Source: Gemmatimonadota bacterium
GTDB lineage: Bacteria; Gemmatimonadota; Gemmatimonadetes; Gemmatimonadales; GWC2-71-9
Assembly (NCBI GenBank): GCA_039586365.1
Contig: JBDHKN010000043.1
Span: 1-48,766, forward strand
Length of the DNA: 48,766 nt
Reading direction: 5' to 3'
Numbering within the stretch: position 1 is the first letter of the stretch; each line of letters starts with the position of its first letter. This document shows, in pieces, positions 45,127-48,766 of the stretch. A program made the translations under genes and the position numbers. The notes beneath the pieces were generated by a model that saw only the letters and a list, made by a program, of their open reading frames with translations, was not told the DNA's origin and did not search any database.

Positions 45127-46986
45127 ATGAATAGGACCGGCCCTGCGCTCAAGATCCTGCTAACGGCATCGGTGACTGTCTGGCAGGGGTGCGACAGCCC
45201 TACGGCTGGCGATCAGGTAGCGGCGATGTTCCGGGGAGATCCGGAGCATACCGGCGTCTTCGACGCACGAGGTGTGGATCAGCTCGGCGGCGTCCTCTGG
45301 ATCTTTGAGACGATGGGTCCGGTACGGTCATCCCCGACGGTAACTGGTGAGACTGTGTACGTCGGGAGTACGGACGGAAGCCTCTATGCCATTGACCGGA
45401 TCAATGGGCAACTCAGGTGGCGTGTGGATGTTGGGAGCCCTGTAAGCTCGTCGCCGGCCATAGCAGGGGGAGCGGTCATCTTCGGGTCTCGGGACGGAGT
45501 ATTCCACGCACTAGATGCACGCACCGGCCGCCCGCGGTGGCAGTTCGAGACCGGAGCCCTCCTGCCTTGGGAGTGGGGCTTCGAGGGTTGGGACGTATAC
45601 ACGTCCTCGCCCGTTGTGTGGGATTCCATGGTCGTCTTTGGGGCGGGCGATGGCGTGGCATACGCGGTCGATGTCATGACGGGACGCGAGCTGTGGCGCT
45701 TCGGCACAGCGGGGCGCATCCGCTCGACCCCCGCGGTTGCTGCTGGCCTGGTGTTCATCGGCAGCACGGATGGTGTGATCTACGCACTCGATCTCGCGAC
45801 CGGTCGAGAACGTTGGCGTCATGAGACGGATGGGGTGGGCCTGCGATCCAAGGAAGAGGGCGTCGACCGCAAGTCGATCATCTCCTCACCCGCGGTTGCG
45901 CACGGGACCGTATACGTGGGATCACGTGACGGGTACATGTACGCTCTCGACGCCACGACGGGGAACCGTAAGTGGCGCGTCAGCCACGACGGCTCTTGGG
46001 CCATGTCGTCGCCGGCGCTGCTCGGAGACGCACTCTACAGCGGCACCTCGGATGGGCGTTTCGTGCACCGCGTCGATGCCGCGACAGGGGAAGAGCGCTG
46101 GAGGTTCGTCGGGGTGGGTTACACCTGGTCTTCGCCCGGCGTTGCCGGCGGCACAGTGTACATCGGGGACGGCGGTGGCTACCTGCGCGCGATCGACCGC
46201 GAATCTGGTGAGGAGCGGTGGAGCTACCGCGTGGGAGACGGTGTCTATTCCAGTCCCGCGATCGCCCACGGTGTCGTCTTCTTCGGCTCCGACGACGGCA
46301 ACGTCTACGCACTCCACGGTGAGGGCGCCTATGCGCATCGCGTCGTCTTCTGGGATGAGCGATTTGCGGACCACACGATCCTCCCGCACTTGGAGACGAG
46401 AGTCTACTTCGAGCAAGCGGGCTACCGCGTGCTGGATTCAGAAGCGCTCAAGGAGTTCATGGAGTCACGCATCGAGGACGGTGCAGCCAGCGTAGCCGTG
46501 TTCGCCATGGATCATCTTCCCAACGTGCTCGGGTCCGAGCCATCCGATACCGTGCTGTTTCGCCGTTATCTTGCTTCAGGTGGGAAGGTGGTTTGGCTGG
46601 GCCTGCCACCGATGTCGTTGGCTCGCGACGAGACCGGTCGCATCACAGCATTCGATCGCGGTCGGACCGCGACACTGCTCGGTGTTGACCACGCCGAATC
46701 GAATTTCGATTTCTATGCGACGGCGCCTACCGATCTGGGCCGAGATTGGGGCCTGCACCGTGGCTGGGTCAGTTCATACGCGATCGGGGTGTCCGACGAG
46801 ATCGACATACTCGGCATGGATGAGAACGGCAAGGCGGGAGCGTGGGTCAGGAACTACGGTGGCCCGGCTGGAACGGGATTCGTCGGCATGGGTCTCAACC
46901 GAGCGACATTGGCAAACCTCGCCGCTGTCCGCGCCTTAGCAGAGTTCGGGTTTGAGGAGGGAAGGTGGGCCAGGGGGTATCGGTGA
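45127..46986 (+). CDS. PQQ-like beta-propeller repeat lipoprotein with extra C-terminal domain
   Basis: GGAGG RBS, WQGC lipobox, repeated SSP...VYVGS.DG.LYA.D..TG...W blades. Confidence 0.92.
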   Translation: MNRTGPALKILLTASVTVWQGCDSPTAGDQVAAMFRGDPEHTGVFDARGVDQLGGVLWIFETMGPVRSSPTVTGETVYVGSTDGSLYAIDRINGQLRWRVDVGSPVSSSPAIAGGAVIFGSRDGVFHALDARTGRPRWQFETGALLPWEWGFEGWDVYTSSPVVWDSMVVFGAGDGVAYAVDVMTGRELWRFGTAGRIRSTPAVAAGLVFIGSTDGVIYALDLATGRERWRHETDGVGLRSKEEGVDRKSIISSPAVAHGTVYVGSRDGYMYALDATTGNRKWRVSHDGSWAMSSPALLGDALYSGTSDGRFVHRVDAATGEERWRFVGVGYTWSSPGVAGGTVYIGDGGGYLRAIDRESGEERWSYRVGDGVYSSPAIAHGVVFFGSDDGNVYALHGEGAYAHRVVFWDERFADHTILPHLETRVYFEQAGYRVLDSEALKEFMESRIEDGAASVAVFAMDHLPNVLGSEPSDTVLFRRYLASGGKVVWLGLPPMSLARDETGRITAFDRGRTATLLGVDHAESNFDFYATAPTDLGRDWGLHRGWVSSYAIGVSDEIDILGMDENGKAGAWVRNYGGPAGTGFVGMGLNRATLANLAAVRALAEFGFEEGRWARGYR

Positions 46987-46998
46987 TTCGGGCGGTTT

Positions 46999-47173
46999 GG
47001 CGCAACACGGTTTGGTTGGTTTCGAAGTGGCACGTCGTCCGGTGACGGTACAGTCGCGTTGGGACCAGCCTGCCTCGCTGTGGGGTGCCGACCGAAGCGA
47101 CGGTCCGGACGGACCGCAGGCTCCGAGTCGATGTTCGATTCATGGATCACCAGCTGAGTTGGTTCCTGCGCCG
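46999..47173 (+). other. Second degenerate attC-like element, related to 43730-43845
   Basis: GGCGCAACACGGTTT after the stop, internal CCGGACGGACC, distal CAGCTGAGTTGGTTCCTGCGCCG. Confidence 0.35.
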
Positions 47174-47328
47174 GTGAGGTGTGACAAGGCCTTGCATCGG
47201 GAGCGACAAAGTACGACATGGGCCGGCCACGGTCCGCACTATCACCTACTCTCCAATGATCTACGTATCTTGAGATGCTGCACGTCGCCATGACTCGATG
47301 CCGTCGCCGACCCTAGGGAGGTCAACCA

Positions 47329-47907
47329 ATGAAGAAAGAGGTGCTTGCTGCCGGCCTGCTGGGCGGAGTTGTGATGCTCGTATGGCTGTTCGTAACCAAC
47401 GCCGTGCTCCCATTCAAGAGCAACCTCATACACCAAGCCCTCCCGTTGGCGAACCAACTGGAGGTACATGAGGCTCTGAGGGACAACATCACGGAATCCG
47501 GGACATACAACATTCCGTATCTGTCTCGAGAAGCAGAGGCTCAGTTTCCCGATTACCGGAATCAACCGGTTTACTCGATCACATATGAAGGGTATACCCA
47601 CGGTGGCGGCAGTGGTGGCAGCACCATGTCCAGCTTTCCAGTAGTGATAATGGCAGTCTTCATACCACCGCTGATCGCTGCCTGGATGCTGTCGGTAGCG
47701 TCACCCGCGATACTAGCGAAGTACACTCGGAGGTTCCTGTTTGTGGCCGTCTTAGGTGTGATCGTTGCTCTGTACGACGACGTGCTGCAAATGGCCTTCG
47801 GCCCTCAGCCTAAGGATTATTTGACCTTCCTGGCGCTAAACAACTTGATCGCCTGGACTCTGACCGGTCTGGTGATCGCGCGCAGGATAAGGCCGGTGAA
47901 GACCTGA
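47329..47907 (+). CDS. Hypothetical four-TM membrane protein
   Basis: GGAGG RBS; N-terminal TM, soluble loop (GTYNIP), three C-terminal TMs. Confidence 0.85.
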   Translation: MKKEVLAAGLLGGVVMLVWLFVTNAVLPFKSNLIHQALPLANQLEVHEALRDNITESGTYNIPYLSREAEAQFPDYRNQPVYSITYEGYTHGGGSGGSTMSSFPVVIMAVFIPPLIAAWMLSVASPAILAKYTRRFLFVAVLGVIVALYDDVLQMAFGPQPKDYLTFLALNNLIAWTLTGLVIARRIRPVKT

Positions 47908-48001
47908 GAGTGCCTGCCTAGGTGTCACACCTGGGTGGCCGCACCTCATTCGTGGTCAGCTGATAGCGCTGGCCACGAGCGATCACGCGCCCGCCAGTCG
48001 G

Positions 48002-48379
48002 CTAGCCTGTCATCCCCGCAGTCTTCTGCGTCGTACCAAACCGGAAGTACCCGAAGGCCAGCGCGAGCAGGAGGTAGATCACCTCAGTCGACCATCCAAC
48101 GGCATTCACGACGCCGCCCAGTTGGCCGATCAGCGCGACGATGAACCCTATCCCGTCACCGACAAAGAGAGCTAGCAGGATCGCCTGCCGGGCCTCTGAG
48201 TGAGCCACATCACTGGCGGACCAAGTAAGCACGGCGAACGCGAGCAGCGCGGCGCCGAACAGCTGCCCCACATACTCGAGGGGTGCGTCCGCCATGATGC
48301 CGTAGTGTGCCATGAGCCAACCGGGCACGATCAGAAAGCCGAGTCCGAACACAACCGCGACAATCGTATTGATGATCAT
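48002..48379 (-). CDS. Four-TM membrane protein (original start probably 48395, now out of frame)
   Basis: Hydrophobic helices; AGGAG plus ATG at 48395 (MKLGA) is out of frame with MIINT at 48379. Confidence 0.8.
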   Translation of the reverse strand: MIINTIVAVVFGLGFLIVPGWLMAHYGIMADAPLEYVGQLFGAALLAFAVLTWSASDVAHSEARQAILLALFVGDGIGFIVALIGQLGGVVNAVGWSTEVIYLLLALAFGYFRFGTTQKTAGMTG

Positions 48380-48427
48380 GAGCGCCGAGTTTCATCGAAC
48401 CAATCTCCTCTCCTCCGTGAATGGGAG

Positions 48428-48514
48428 CGTGAGTTTCGGTGAGTGGTCCTGCGCTCTCGTCGTCGGGTAGGCGTCTCGCTGCGGCGTCTACTGCGGAAGG
48501 CCACCGGCGTCACG
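48428..48514 (+). repeat. Dispersed non-coding element, copy D (left module)
   Basis: TCTCGTCGTC, GGCGTC, CTGCGGCGTCT and AAGGCCACCGGCGT are identical and colinear with 147-214. Confidence 0.8.
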
Positions 48515-48766
48515 TCGTCCTCGATTGATTCCAGGGCGATAAGTCTACACCCATTTCGCCGCCGCTTATCCCGAGAACAGCATGTGAAGCCACTGGAGTG
48601 CGCTACCCGTTGCAGCCAGCCACGCGATCGGGTTGGTCCCGTTCAGACTGCAGCCGCAACGTTCTGCGGCCTGAGGGCGTCCAACGAAATGAGGGGGAGG
48701 ACGGACGGAACCGCCCAGTTTCTCCTGTTGCTGGCCCAATGGTTCCCAACCGTTTTCCCCCTTGTT

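Overview
High-GC bacterial chromosome segment. The gene repertoire (Ser/Thr kinase beginning ...LAGRYSIERELGRGGMG, ADOP-type permease, M1/M14 peptidases, DUF5916 protein, several serine hydrolases) suggests Gemmatimonadota; this is an inference. Left end: a decayed integrative module (5'-truncated PA-domain gene, small HTH, tyrosine integrase with an altered first catalytic motif, three arm-type repeats) on the 5' side of tRNA-Leu(TAA). Next: two paralogous serine hydrolases flanking an XRE operon, an IS3 right-end relic and a degenerate 21-nt tandem array. Middle: pckA, an M1 peptidase fusion, a putative glycolipid synthesis/export cluster (MMPL, deacetylase, GT4, OM protein, CPBP, SDR), ADOP permease, GldA/F/G-like ABC plus DUF4340, DUF5916, Tat-DUF362, an unannotated 58-aa protein with its own promoter and terminator, M14 peptidase, kinase, MerB-like protein, CNNM protein and a Rieske-glutamate-synthase-like protein. 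Right end: cassette-like small genes with two decayed attC-like hairpins. The most unusual signal is a dispersed ~100-nt non-coding element in four same-strand copies (near 130-282, 12489-12606, 44178-44330, 48428-48514). It is built from GGCGTC-type repeats, a GGCCACCG...CGGTGGCC hairpin, GAGGG and a conserved ATG. All protein family calls come from reading motifs by eye; no searches were run.
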